Of a stretch of 64,000 bases of DNA, positions 48,036-59,775 are shown piece by piece. The notes below the pieces were generated by a model. It searched no databases. It was given only the letters and a program-made list of their open reading frames with translations, and had not been told where the DNA came from. The translations under genes and the position numbers were made by a program. Origin of the DNA: Malacoraja senta. Lineage: Eukaryota. How positions within the stretch are numbered: position 1 is the stretch's first letter; every line of letters begins with the position of its first letter. Where the stretch lies: assembly GCA_038087875.1 (NCBI GenBank), contig CM075988.1, positions 3,534,001 through 3,598,000 of the forward strand, given 5' to 3'.

Positions 48036-48942
48036 CTGTGAACAACAGACAGACGATGCCTTCATTCCCCGTCCGCAATCCCCCCTCAATATAGTCACAC
48101 CCCAACACTTTGTTCAATCATTGAATCATTGAAAGATCCAGGTCGGCCCACCGAGTCCACGCCGACCACTCATCACCCACTCACATGAGGTCACTGTTGT
48201 CCCACTGTCTCGTTCACTCCCTACATACCAAGGGCAAGTTGCAGAGGACAATTAACCTACAAACCCGCACGTCTTTGGGATGTGGAACCCAGAGGAAACT
48301 CCAAACAGGCAGCCTCCATAGTCAGGATCGAACCGGGGTCTCTGGCGCAATAAGGCAGCAACTCTACTGCTGCGCCACTGTGCTGCCGTGTCCAGTGCAT
48401 GTTGCTTGCTGCAGCGAGGAGCTCTGATTTATGCAGCAGCAGTAGATGTTTATGCTGGCTAGGGAGGAAATGGGCGTCGTGACTTGTGACATAATTTCTA
48501 GGAAAACATTGCTCCCGTGCGGTGAGGTTAGTTATCACAGAGCCGACAGCTAATTTCCTGCAGGAAACAATGACATGTGGATATTATTGCTGGCACGTTC
48601 GATCCCAAGCTGAATTGCTATTATGCACAATTTGTACGTGAAAAATGAAGGCTCTCACAGTTCCATTCTCCAGTTTGCACAGTGTTCTCTGAACTCACAC
48701 AGTGTTCTGTCAATGGACACAGTGCTGGAGTAACTCAGCGGGTCAGGCAGCATCTCTGGAGAGCAGATTTTCTCTGGGGAAAACGGTTGGGCGATGTTTT
48801 GGGTCGGGATCCTTCTTCAGACATTAGTGTTCTGTGAGCTTGTGCTCAGAATGAAGGTGCTGTGGGTGCTTATTGTATGGTGGGCTGTGAGCTGTATGTT
48901 TACAATGTGACTGACTCGCCCAATCCAAATTGCAGAAGAAAT

Positions 48943-49196
48943 GTGTAGGAAGGAACTGCAGATGCTGGTTTAAACTGAAGATAGAAGCTGAAGTAACTCA
49001 GTGGGACAGGCAGCCTCTCTGCAGAGAAGGAATGGGTGATGATTCGTGTCGAGACCCTTCTTCAGTCTGGTGACGTTTTGGGTCGAGACCCTTCTTCAGT
49101 CTGAAGAAGGGTCTTGACCGGAAATGTCACCCATTCCTTCTCTCCAGAGATGCTGCCTATCCCGCTGAGTTACTCCAGCTCTTTGTGTCTATCTTG
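48943..49196. mobile_element. Palindromic hammerhead/pLTR mini-element with duplicated hammerhead segment
   Basis: Two tandem minus-strand cores (about 49038-49068 and 49069-49100), then a plus-strand core at 49101. Confidence 0.85.
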
Positions 49197-49224
49197 GCTT
49201 GTATTAAGTGACCAGGCTAAGCTG

Positions 49225-49801
49225 ACTCTAGACTGCAGGAGTACTTGCCGAGGGACTCACTGAAGCTCGGTGCAGCCACTGCCAAGCTCTGTGGGGTAGG
49301 AGCATAGTCTAAAGTCTTGTTGCAACAGGCCACTGAGGGACAGGAACCTGTGACAGCCTCTGAAGACTTCATGGGTGTAAGGAGAAGATGTGCATGGCTT
49401 TGATGTATTCTAAGCAAATATATTGAAGTGATGGTATAATGAATCTAGAGAAAGTCGTGTCAAATGTATTTACTCTGTATATATTGTGAATAAAGCCATT
49501 TTTGAAAATAAAATCTGCGCGGCTTTGATGCATTGTAACAGAATGTATTGAATTGATGGTACCATGAATGCAGAGACTATCCCGACGTTTAAGAAATAGT
49601 TAGACAGGTACATGGATAGGACAGGTTGGAGGGATATGGGCCAAATGCATGTGGGACTAGTGTAGCTGAGGCATGTTGGTCGGTCTGGGCTAGTTGGGCC
49701 GAAGGCCTTTTTCTATGCTGTATCACTCTATGATTAAAGATGTGTGTCGATTGTATTTACTGTGTATATATTGTGAATAAAGTACATTTTTGAAAATAAA
49801 A
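49225..49801 (+). mobile_element. Tx1-clade LINE 3' end with a second tandem 3'-UTR copy (split by a CR1 tail)
   Basis: RLQEYLPRDSLKLGAATAK.LWG; the tail tatattgtgaataaag...tttttgaaaataaaa occurs twice. Confidence 0.6.
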
Positions 49802-50319
49802 TGTGTGTGCACTGTGATATGTGTACTCACACATGTGTACTACGATGTTATGTGCTCCCCTAAGATGTGCGGGGCAAGTTTTTTACACAGAGGGTGGTGG
49901 GTGATTGGAATGTGCTGCCGGGGGTGATGGTGGAGGCACGTATGATGGTGACATTTAAAAGGCTTTTAGGATAGGGACATGGATGTGCAGGGAATGGAGG
50001 GATAGGGATCACGTGCAGGTAGAGAAGATTAGTTTAACTTGGCATTGTGTTCGATACAGACGTTGTGGGCTGAAGGGCCTGTTCTGTGCTGTACTGTTGT
50101 ATGTTCCCACTCCACACAATGGGACTGTGAGCTCAACTACAGCGGTATCTACCAGCATCTGCAGTTCCCTGTGTCTATATCGAACTAAACACACACTGTA
50201 ACTATTCCATGGCTCCGTGTCCACACTGAGTGTGTGCTGTGGGACTGTGTATGCACATTATTCACTACTGTAAGTGTGCACACTGGGATGTGAGCTCACA
50301 CATGACTCTTTGAATCACT

Positions 50320-50605
50320 TCCCTCTGGAAGGCGACTCCGGATTGTCAAAGCTGCCACAGCCAGATAAAAACAGCTTTTTTTTCCACGAGCAGTAGCTCC
50401 ACTCAATAACCAAAAATCTGCAGCTTCCTTTTGCTCTGGTATTTTATTTAATTCACATGTTTAATCGATAATGTTTTATTATTAATGTTCAATGTTTTAT
50501 GTGTCATTCTTAATTGTTAATATGTCATGTTGCCACTTGCGGGCGGAGCACCATGGCAAATTCCTTGTATGTGAATACTTGGCAAATAAACTTATTATGA
50601 ACTAT
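50320..50605 (+). mobile_element. Rex1/Babar-like LINE 3' end
   Basis: PSGRRLRIVKAATAR..NSFFP.AV-like ORF end, 3' hairpin and AATAAA. Confidence 0.6.
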
Positions 50606-50844
50606 GAAGTCACTTTATTATTGCGTATGACAATGACAGTGTTGATCCCCTCAATTAAGAAAGGATATTCCAAAATTAAAGGCAGGCCAGAAGCAATATA
50701 AATAATTTCTGGGATGAGAGAGTTGGCCTATTGTGAATAGCAGAAAATGTTAGACATTTTCTTTGGAGTTTATACCAATGAGGGATAATCTTATTGAAAC
50801 CTATACCATCCTAACGGGGAAATGGCAGGGTAGATATTGAGATG

Positions 50845-51360
50845 GAGCCACAAGGAACTGCAGATGCTGGAACCTTGAGCAAAACATAAAGTGCTGGAGG
50901 AACTTGCCCAGTGCGATCAGTCAGCATCTGTGGATGGAGTGGACAGACGACATTTTGAGTTGGGGCGCTTCTTCAGACTCAATATTGAGATGTTGAACAC
51001 AAGGAAAGAGATAGATAGATTCTTGATTAGCATGGGTGTCAAGGTTTATGGGGATAAGGAAGAGATAGATTAGAAGGAAGAGATAGATTAGCCATCTCTA
51101 AATGGGCCAAATGGCCTAATTCTGCTCCTATCACATGACCTTATGACTTATGAACTACAGATGCTGGTTTACAAAAAAAGACACAAAGTGCTGGAGTATT
51201 CCAATGGGTCAGGCAGCATTTCTGGAAAACATGGACAGGTGCTGTTTCTGGTCGGGACCATTGTAAAGAAGGTTCCTGACCTGAAACGTCATCTATCCAT
51301 GTTCTCCAGAGATTCTGCTTGACCCGCTCAGTTACCCCAGCACTTTGTCTCTTTTTCTTT
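50845..51360. mobile_element. Two pLTR/hammerhead mini-elements inserted sequentially at one site
   Basis: atattgagatg present at 50834, 50982 and 51362. Confidence 0.8.
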
Positions 51361-51544
51361 AATATTGAGATGTTCCCATTAGAGGAAGTTTTTTGAAAGG
51401 GATGGCAGAGCTAAAAGGCAAGGAGGCTGTCACATAAACCAAAGATGCTTAAGAACTTTGACTTGTAATCCCAGGAAATTTCTATCCTGGTGTATAGATT
51501 ACTGTAAGTATTTAGAGATAATTTTTGAGAGATCCATGCTTTTG

Positions 51545-52027
51545 AGGGAGATATACAAGGATGTTGGCAGGACTAGAGGGACTGAGCTATAGGGAGAGGT
51601 TGAGTAGGCTGGGACTCTACTCCTTGGAGAGCAGGAGGATGAGGGGTGATCTTATAGAGGTGTACAAAATCATGAGAGGAATAGATCGGATAGATGCACA
51701 GAGTCTCTTGACCAGAGTAGGGGAATCATGGACCAGAAATCATAGGTTTAAGGTGAAGGAGAAAATTTAATAGGAATCTGAGGGGTAACTTTTTCACACA
51801 AAGGGTGGTAGGTGTATTGAACAAGCTGCCAGAGGAGGTAGTTGAGGCTCGGACTATCCCAACATTTAAGAAACAGTTAGAAAGTTATATGGATAGGACA
51901 GGTTTTTGAGGGAAATGGACCAAACACAGGCAGGTGGGACTAGCGTAGCAGGGATATGTTGGCTGGTGTGGGCAAGTTGGGCCAAAGGGCCTGTTTCCAC
52001 AATGTATCTCTCACTCTATGACTCTAA
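51545..52027 (+). mobile_element. CR1 3' fragment
   Basis: GLEGLSYRERLSRLGLYSLE.RRMRGDLIEVYKIM; (CTCTATGA) tail. Confidence 0.9.
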
Positions 52028-52365
52028 GAGGCACAATTGTGGAGCTTGGGACAGATGAGCCGTGATCACATGGATCGATGGTGCGGTGCTGAGGATGCAG
52101 GGCCTACTCCTGTCCCTATTTTCTTGTGAGTATGTTGTGCGTTACACTGCAGGAACCAAAGACGAGTGGTCTGCCCCAGTCTGTACCACCAGGACCATCG
52201 CCCTAACAGAGAATTGCTTATGTGGGTGATGCCCAGACCCTGGGCCCATGGGGATCACGGTGCCTGGACAACAATGCACCATCTACCATTCAGCGAGGCT
52301 TGTGACTGGGTTAGAGAGTGAAGACTGGATTGGCGACACTGCGCGGAGAGCGATGCCGGACTCAC

Positions 52366-52466
52366 CATCACGTTTTGGATCGCTGCCTGTTCTCCTGGCT
52401 GCTGGGCCCCATTGTGGACAATCTCCACACGGATCTCATTCTTGGCAGAAACGTCACCCTTAACAT
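52366..52466 (-). CDS. KIRREL3: KIRREL3(-like) juxtamembrane cytoplasmic exon (101 nt; not in the ORF track)
   Basis: Reads xVKGDVSAKNEIRVEIVHNGAQQPGEQAAIQNVM (compare LKGVVSAKNDIRVEIVH of KIRREL3); acceptor ctcttttgcAG, donor ATG/GTGAGT; phase 1-0. Confidence 0.9.
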
Positions 52467-52830
52467 CTGCAAAAGAGTGGCAGCATGAAAGTCAAGCACC
52501 CCTCACCTCACCCTATACACCGCTGGACGTCACGGTGGGTATGCAGGGTGTGCTGTTGTCTGGGCAAACCTGTCTTCATCACCTTGTGCTCTTCCAGCTG
52601 TCAGGAGCTCTCTGCCCTGCCTGCCCATTGCATGATCTATATACTTGGTTTATTGAAAGATACAGCATGGAAACAGGCTCTTCAGCCCATCACATCCACA
52701 CTGACCATCGATCAGCTGTTCACACTAGTTTTATTACCTCACTTTTGCATCCACTCTGTACACACGAGGGTCAACTTAAGGAGGACAATTAACCTGCAAA
52801 ATGTCTCTGAGATGTGGGAGGAAACTCACG

Positions 52831-53294
52831 GTATCTGAAAGGGCTGCTTCTGAAGTTTTGGCTGCACTTTAGCTCTATGCTCCTGATCTTTGGTCACCTG
52901 GTACGGAGGGGGGAGGTGGGTGGGTGGTGGCTGGGGGGATCTCCTTATCAATTCGCTCCTGGACTTGGCCAAGATGGCCATTCGCGAGTCCAAGCAGCGG
53001 GCAATCGAGGGTTCTGCCCGAGTCGACTGCCTGCCCCTCTTCTGGGCCTACGTCCGTGCCAGCGAGTCCCTGGAGAGGGAACACATGGTATCCATGGGGA
53101 CTCTGGAGGCCATCCATGAACGCTGGTCACCGCGGGGGGGGGGGGGGGGGGGGTGTATGGTGGAGAAAGTTGATAATATTTTAACCTGTAAACGGTTTGA
53201 TTATTGATTGTAAACTGCCAATGGCAGTCTTCATTTTGTTATGACTTGTGTATAATTGAATAAAGGCTGTTTGTTAATAATATATTTTTTTAAA
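52831..53294 (+). mobile_element. Tx1-clade LINE 3' fragment inserted in a minus-strand SINE
   Basis: LLLKFWLHFS..LLIFG, LLDLAKMAI, LFWAYVRA..LERE; 14-bp TSD with one mismatch (52817-52830 / 53295-53308). Confidence 0.75.
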
Positions 53295-54614
53295 GGAGGG
53301 AACTCACGCGGTCACAGGGAGGACGTGCAAACTCCACGCAGACAGCGCACAAAGTCAGTATTCCGCCCGGCTCTCAGGGGCTGTGCAGGCTGTGGCTCTA
53401 CCGGCTGCAGCACTGTGCCACCCTAATACTGATGGCGATTCCTCTCCCTCGTTCTGCCTCATTTTATTCTGACTCCTTCCAGCGGCTTTTCTCTGAGTGC
53501 TCCGGTTTCCCCCCCATATCCCAAAGACGTGCAGGTCTGTAGGTTCATTTGGCATCGGTAAAAAATGATGAATTGTCCCTATGGGGAAGGGTAGGGTTAG
53601 TGTGCGGGGTGATTGGTGGTCCGCGTGGACACAGTGGGCCGAAGGACATAAGGTCATAAGTGATAGGAGCAGAATTAGGCCAGGTCTACTCTGCCATTCA
53701 ATCATGGCTGATCTACATCTCCCTCCTAACCCCATTCTCCTGCCTTCTCCCCATAACCCCTGACACCCGTGCTAATGAAGAAGGGCCTGTTCCCGGGTGG
53801 TATCTCTGAACTAAACACTTTGGCTGGCGCTTCACATTGCTATGGTGCCTGCTAATTCACAGGGCAGTAATTTAATAAACATGCAGATTAACAAGCACTC
53901 TTCATATTTACTGACAGACCTTTTCTCAATGCTCAATGGAACCTTTATTGCCGTTTGACACAGTCAGATATGGCCCAGTGTGTCTACACATATATTCTCA
54001 TGCCCTGCACTCCACCCAATTAGTGCACATTTCAAATGGAGTTTAAGTACAGATTGACTGAATTTACTTTGATTGTGACTTTTAGCTGGAATTCTCTGGG
54101 CAATCTAATTTTCATGTCGGCTGTTTGCAAATGAGTGGAGTATCGTCTGAATCTATGCTCCAATGCTAATGGAGTGTTTAGCAAAATTTGTCTTAAAATG
54201 CTCCTGAAGGAAATCAACTTTAACGACCGCACGCTGTTAGTGGATAGTCTTGCTAATGGTTCTTGCATTCCCAAGGCATGGTGCTTTAATGGACAAGATG
54301 CGGCAGGCTCCTGAGCTGATGTTGGAGCTGTGGAAGCAACAGTGATGCATGGAGGCAGCCAGGGCAGAACAAACCAGGGGAAGGGGAAGAAAAAGTGGAA
54401 AGAACTGCGTGAGGTACAATGCGCTGACCTCGTCTGACACCTCTCCACAAAACACCAGACACATACAAATGTTCCCACTCCTCCCAACCCCATCCCTATT
54501 TACAGTGAATAGGGACAGGGTCACACACAGACTGACCACCCCAGTGAACAGGGACAGGGTTAATCACACAGTGATCCCAGTGAATCCCATATTGAAGCAA
54601 CGACCAAGAAAGCA

Positions 54615-55500
54615 CACCTTTCTTAGATGGCTAAAGCCCCTGTCCCACTTGGCTGACCTATGCCGACCTTATTTTACTCGTGGACATTTTTTAGCAGGTT
54701 GAAAAAACTCCGCGACCTACTTAAGGCCACGAGTACGTGCAGACCACTCACGAGCATGAGGAAGAGTTAATGAAGACCTCCCACGACCTTTTACGACCTC
54801 GTGGCGCCCATGCTGCGAGCATGAGTCAAGGGCAAACTCAGCAGAGGTCGGCAATTTGTTCGTACAAGTGGGACAGAGCCTTTAGGAAGTTCGGCATGTC
54901 CCCTACAACTCTCACCAACTTCTACAGATGCACCATGGAAAGCCTTTTATCAGGATGCATCACAGCTTGGTTTGGGAACAGCTCCATCCAAGACCGCAAG
55001 AAATTGCAGCAAATTGTGGACGCAGCCCAGACCATCACACAAACCAACCTCCCTTCTATTGACTCCATCTACACCTCATGCTGTCTCGGCAAGGCCAGCA
55101 GCATAATAAAAGACCAGTCTCACCCTGGCCACTCCCTTTTCTCCCCTATCCCATCTGGCAAGAGGTACAACAGAAGGGTGAAAAGGTACATCTCCAGATT
55201 CAGGAACAGTTTCTTCCCAGCTATTTTATCAGGCAACTGAACCATTCTACCAACATCTCGAGAGCAGTCCTGAGCTACCATCTACCTCATTGGAGACTCT
55301 CGCACTATCTTTGATTGGATTTTACTAGACTTAATCTTGCACGAAGCATTACTCATGCCATTCCCTTCATCATGTATGTGTACACTGTGAATGGCTCGAA
55401 GGTAAGCATGCATTGTCTGCTTAGCATGCAACACAAGCTTTTCACTGTATCTCAGTACACGTGACAATAGACTGAACTCAAATTCAAACTCAAACTCAAA
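54615..55500 (+). mobile_element. Rex1/Babar-clade LINE 3' fragment
   Basis: FLR.LRKFGMSPTTLTNFYRCTMESLLSGCITAWFG...HPGHSLF...PSGKRY...RFRNSFFP; (AACTCA)n tail. Confidence 0.85.
54635..54881. mobile_element. MITE (PIF/Harbinger-like) inside the Rex LINE
   Basis: TIR agcccctgtcccacttg ... caagtgggacagagcct; flanked by taa/tta. Confidence 0.75.
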
Positions 55501-55984
55501 ATACCTTCAGGTACAACTCCAAGTCACACACTATGCTTCGCCTTCTCCTTCCTGTGGCCATTTCTTCCACTATCCCTCCCCTCTCCAACCCACCCTCCTG
55601 TCCCCTTGCACTTATATCCCTCTCTCTGGTAACATTTCACTCCTCCTCCTCATCTGACATTCTTCTGACACATTTTCATCTCTAGCTTTGTCACTTACTG
55701 CACCCATCTGCCAATTAATTCCCCCCACCCTCATCTGCATCCACCTATTACTTGCCAGGCTGTATCCTGTTCCCACCTCTTTTCCAGCTCCCCCCCCCCC
55801 CCATTAGTTAGTCCAACGAAGGATCCCGACCCATCTATTATCCATTCCCTCCACAGATACTGCCTGACCTGCTGAAATCCTCCAGCACTTTGTGTTTTGC
55901 TCAAGATTCTGCCATCTGCAATTCCTCGTGTCCTCCCAAAACTATCCTGTAAGTTTAAAACTGGTGGAGGAACCTCGTGAAGGA

Positions 55985-56700
55985 ATATTCTCAGTCCGCC
56001 TGGACCTACCTGATCTCCTAGTTGCCAAATACTTTAATTCCCCTTCCCATTCCCACACTGACCTTTCTGTCCCGGGCCTCCTCCATTGTCAGAGCGAGGC
56101 CAGATGCAAATTGGAGGAACAGCTTGGGTAGCTTACACCCCAGGAGTATGACTATGATTTCTCTAACTTCAAGTAACCCCTGCTTTCCCCCTCTCTCCAT
56201 CCCCCCCACCCAAGTTGTTGTACCAACTTCAACGTCATCTTTGGGGAGAGGGGCTGGAGGGGGGGGGGGGGGGTAGAACAAAGGTTGACCAGGCACGGGA
56301 TGCTTTGCAACTTTGTCAGTGCCCTTTAAGTGGCGACTATTTGCATACCTTGGGAATGCAAGCAAATTATTTCACTGTGCCTTGTCACATGTGATAACAA
56401 GGTATTCATCCACTCATTCATTGTTCAGTCTCATTGTCTGAAACCCATTTTCACCCAGACCACAGCTAACAATGACCTGTTTCCTTTGTCATTGTTACTT
56501 TTTTGCATATCTTTCATTCATTTGTTCCATATCTCTCTATATCACTGTCTATATCTCTTGTTTCCCTTTCCCCTGACTCTCAGTCTGAAGAAGGGTCTCA
56601 ACCCGAAATGTCACCTATTCCTTTTCTCCAGAGATGCTGCCTGACCTGCTTTTTGTGTCTATCTTCAGTGTAAACCAGCATCTGCAGTTCCTTCCTACAC
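55985..56700 (+). mobile_element. Penelope 3' remnants: GIY-YIG C-terminus, then pLTR with hammerhead at 56585
   Basis: PDLLVAKYFNSPSHSHTDLSV.GLLHCQSEA.CKLEEQ; tcagtCTGAAGAAGGGTCTCAACCCGAAATGTC. Confidence 0.75.
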
Positions 56701-56983
56701 ATTTCCAGATTGCCAATCCTTCATTGCCGCTGGGTCTAAATTCTGGTACTTGCCATCAAACAACAACTTGTGAGTCCCTTCACTAGAAGGACTACAGCAG
56801 CTCAAGAACCAGATCAGCACCAAGTTCTCAGGGGAAACTAGGAATGTGCACTCTATGCAGACTTTGGTGACATATCATGAAACACTAGTTAATAAAAAGT
56901 TATCTGAGTCAATGGGGAAATGTTTTGCCAACATTCTAAATTCAGTTCTAAATTGCTTGGAACTAATACAAATCCAATGTGGA

Positions 56984-57290
56984 GTTTAGTTTAATTAAGT
57001 TTAGAGATACAGCGTGGAAACAGGCCCTTCAGCCCACCAAGTCTGCACCGACCAGCGCTCCCCACACATTAACCCTACCCTACACACACTGGGGACAATT
57101 TTACAATTATACCAAGCCAATTAACCTACAAACCTATACGTCTTTGGAGTGTGGGAGGAAACCGAAGATCTCGGAGAAAACCCACGCAGGTCATGAGGAG
57201 AACGTACATACTCTGTACAGACCGCACCTGGTCAGGATCGAACCCGGGTCTCCGGCGTTATAAGGATGTAACCCTAACGCCACCATGCCA
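56984..57290 (-). mobile_element. HE1/V-SINE-like SINE
   Basis: Head, core, tail. Confidence 0.85.
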
Positions 57291-57387
57291 CACATTCGAA
57301 AAGCACTCAGTTGTCTAATCTGTGCTCATTTACGCTGCGTTCATATCTCCAGTGTAAGCTTAGCCTGGCCACTTAATACAAGCCAAG

Positions 57388-57571
57388 ATAGACACAAAAA
57401 GCTGGAGTAATCAGCAGGACAGGCATCATCTCTGCAGAGAAGGAATGGGTGATGTTTCGGGTCTCAACCCAAAAAGTCACCCATTCCTCTCCACAGACAT
57501 TGCCAGTCCTGATGAGTTATTGCAGCTTTTGGTGTCTATCTTTGGTTTAAACCAGCATCTGCAGTTCCTTC
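57388..57571. mobile_element. Palindromic pLTR mini-element with 14-bp TSD
   Basis: taatacaagccaag at 57374-57387 and 57572-57585; arms join within stem II (gggtctcaaccc). Confidence 0.82.
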
Positions 57572-57713
57572 TAATACAAGCCAAGGTCTGGTTCGGGTCC
57601 TCATTCTCACAGAGGAATCCAGAGGTCCCACTTCTCTACATTCCACCAACCATTGCACATCAACTGCATGATAAGTCATCCCAAGCTTCAGTTCTTCATC
57701 TTACTCATGGGAC

Positions 57714-58025
57714 TTTAGACTTTAGAGATACAGCACAGAAACTGGCCCTTCAGCTAACCGAGTACATGCCGACCAGTGATCACCCCGTACACTAACACTA
57801 TACTGCACACTAGGGACGGACACCTTACAATATTTAAAAATGAAGCCAATTGACGTACAAACCTGCTCGTCCTTATAATGTGTGAGGAAACCGGAGAACC
57901 CGGAGAAAACCCACGTTGTCACGGGAAGAACGTACAAACTCTGTACAGACAGCACCCATAGTCAGGATCGAACCCGGCTCTCTGGCGCTGCAATGCAGCA
58001 AATCTACCGCTGCGTCACTATGCCC
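57714..58025 (-). mobile_element. HE1/V-SINE-like SINE
   Basis: Head, core, tail. Confidence 0.85.
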
Positions 58026-58447
58026 CCCTAAATCTGATTGTTTTTATTATTTGTCATGTGAAGTAGAACATCGTATTACCTTTACTTCAATTTATTTTAA
58101 ACTGGCTTGAACGGCGTGACCCTGGTTTTACATTTCATAATCCATGTTGTCTCCGTCTCCACAACAATGTCTGACATCTCCTTTCAAAGATGGCTACCTC
58201 AGCATTGGCCTATCCCTCTCAACCTGTCCTATCCATGCACCTGTCTAAATATTTCTTAAATGTTGCGATCCTGCCTCAAATGTAGCGATAATATCTCCTC
58301 CGGCAGCTCGTTCCATTCATCCGCCACCTTTTGTGTAAAAAAGTTGCCCCTCAGGTTTCTATTATTACTGGTTTATTTCCAGCTTATGACCCAAGATGTA
58401 TCTCCTGATCTTCAAGAGGCAATGGATTGTCAAGTGGTGTAATGTAA

Positions 58448-59132
58448 AGGCCCTGTCCCACTTACGTGTCCTTGGCATGCAAATTACGCGACCTCGTCGT
58501 CGCGTTGAGGCGCATGGGCATCGTATGGCCGCCCGTGGCCGATCCCACTGCGAAGCGCGGAGGGGTATGGAGTTGTGCGCGGCGCTCCGAAATTTTGTAG
58601 CGAACGAAATCTTTGCGTGCTACTGGCCTGTCGGGTAACTGACGGCCAATGTATGGCAGGCCCAAGACCCTGGCGCGACGCAATGTCTCACCTTCAACAG
58701 CAGCAGAAGCAGGCAAACGATCGCCGAGCTCGGCCTGGGGCTCACGGCCGTTGCGGTCCGGATCCACCCCCACTAATACTCCCAGAGTGGGGCCAAGAAA
58801 TTTGGAGATGGACACAAAATGCAGGAGTAACTCAGCGGGACCGGCAGCATCTCTGGAGAGAGGGAATGGATGACGTTTCGGGTCGAGACCCTTCTTTCAG
58901 ACTGAAGAAGAGTCTCGACCCGAAACATCACCCATTCCTTCTCTCCAGAGATGCTGCCTGTCCCGCTGAGTTACTCCAGCATTTTGTGTCCATCTTCAAA
59001 TGACGTCACGCGCTCCAGACGGCTGTGCGGACGCATGAAGTCGTGTGCGACCTTCGCGGGACCGTCGCGCCTCAACGCGACCACGAGGTGGCATAATTAG
59101 TGTGCCAAGGACACATAAGTGGGACAGGGGTT
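58448..59132. mobile_element. MITE (PIF/Harbinger-like) with long TIRs and TAA TSD, containing a palindromic hammerhead element (58801-59000)
   Basis: aggccctgtcccacttacgtgtccttggca ... tgccaaggacacataagtgggacaggggtt; TAA on both sides. Confidence 0.82.
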
Positions 59133-59349
59133 TAAGGGTTAAACAGACTGTCAGCTAAAATGGATTTGTCAGCTAAATGAATAGCATTGCTTGTCAAGCA
59201 AGCGGGCTCGCTTCGAAAAACAATTAGATGTTTGGGAAAATGCTTGGGGCAGCTGCAAAGAATGACTAGATCATGAGGCGACCTGCAAGGACACTGAGAC
59301 AAACATTTACCTTCTCTCGGACATCCGACACCAGCTCGGCACCTGATAT

Positions 59350-59775
59350 TTTTTAGAGATACAGCGCGGTAACAGGCCCTTCGGCCCAACAAGTCCGCGC
59401 CGACCGATGATCACCTGTACCCCAGTTCAATAATACACACGAGAGACGATTTGCAGAAGCCAACTAACCTAAAAATCAGCACGTCTTTGGAGTGTTGGGG
59501 GAAAGCGGAGCACCGAGTCCTCACCGACCAGCGATCCCCGCACGCTAACACAGCCCGACACACACTAGGGACAATTCACATTTACACCAATCCAATTAAC
59601 CTACAAACCTGTACATCTTTGGAGTGTGGGAGGAAACCAAAGAATCTGGAGAAAACGCAGGCGGTGACAGGGAGAACGTACAAACACCGTACAGACAGCA
59701 CCCGTAGTCAGGATCGAACCCGGGTCTCTGGCGCTGTGAGGCAGCAGCTCTACCGCTGCGCCACCGTGCCGCCCT
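59350..59775 (-). mobile_element. Two nested or tandem HE1/V-SINE-like SINEs
   Basis: Two bodies and one head. Confidence 0.8.
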
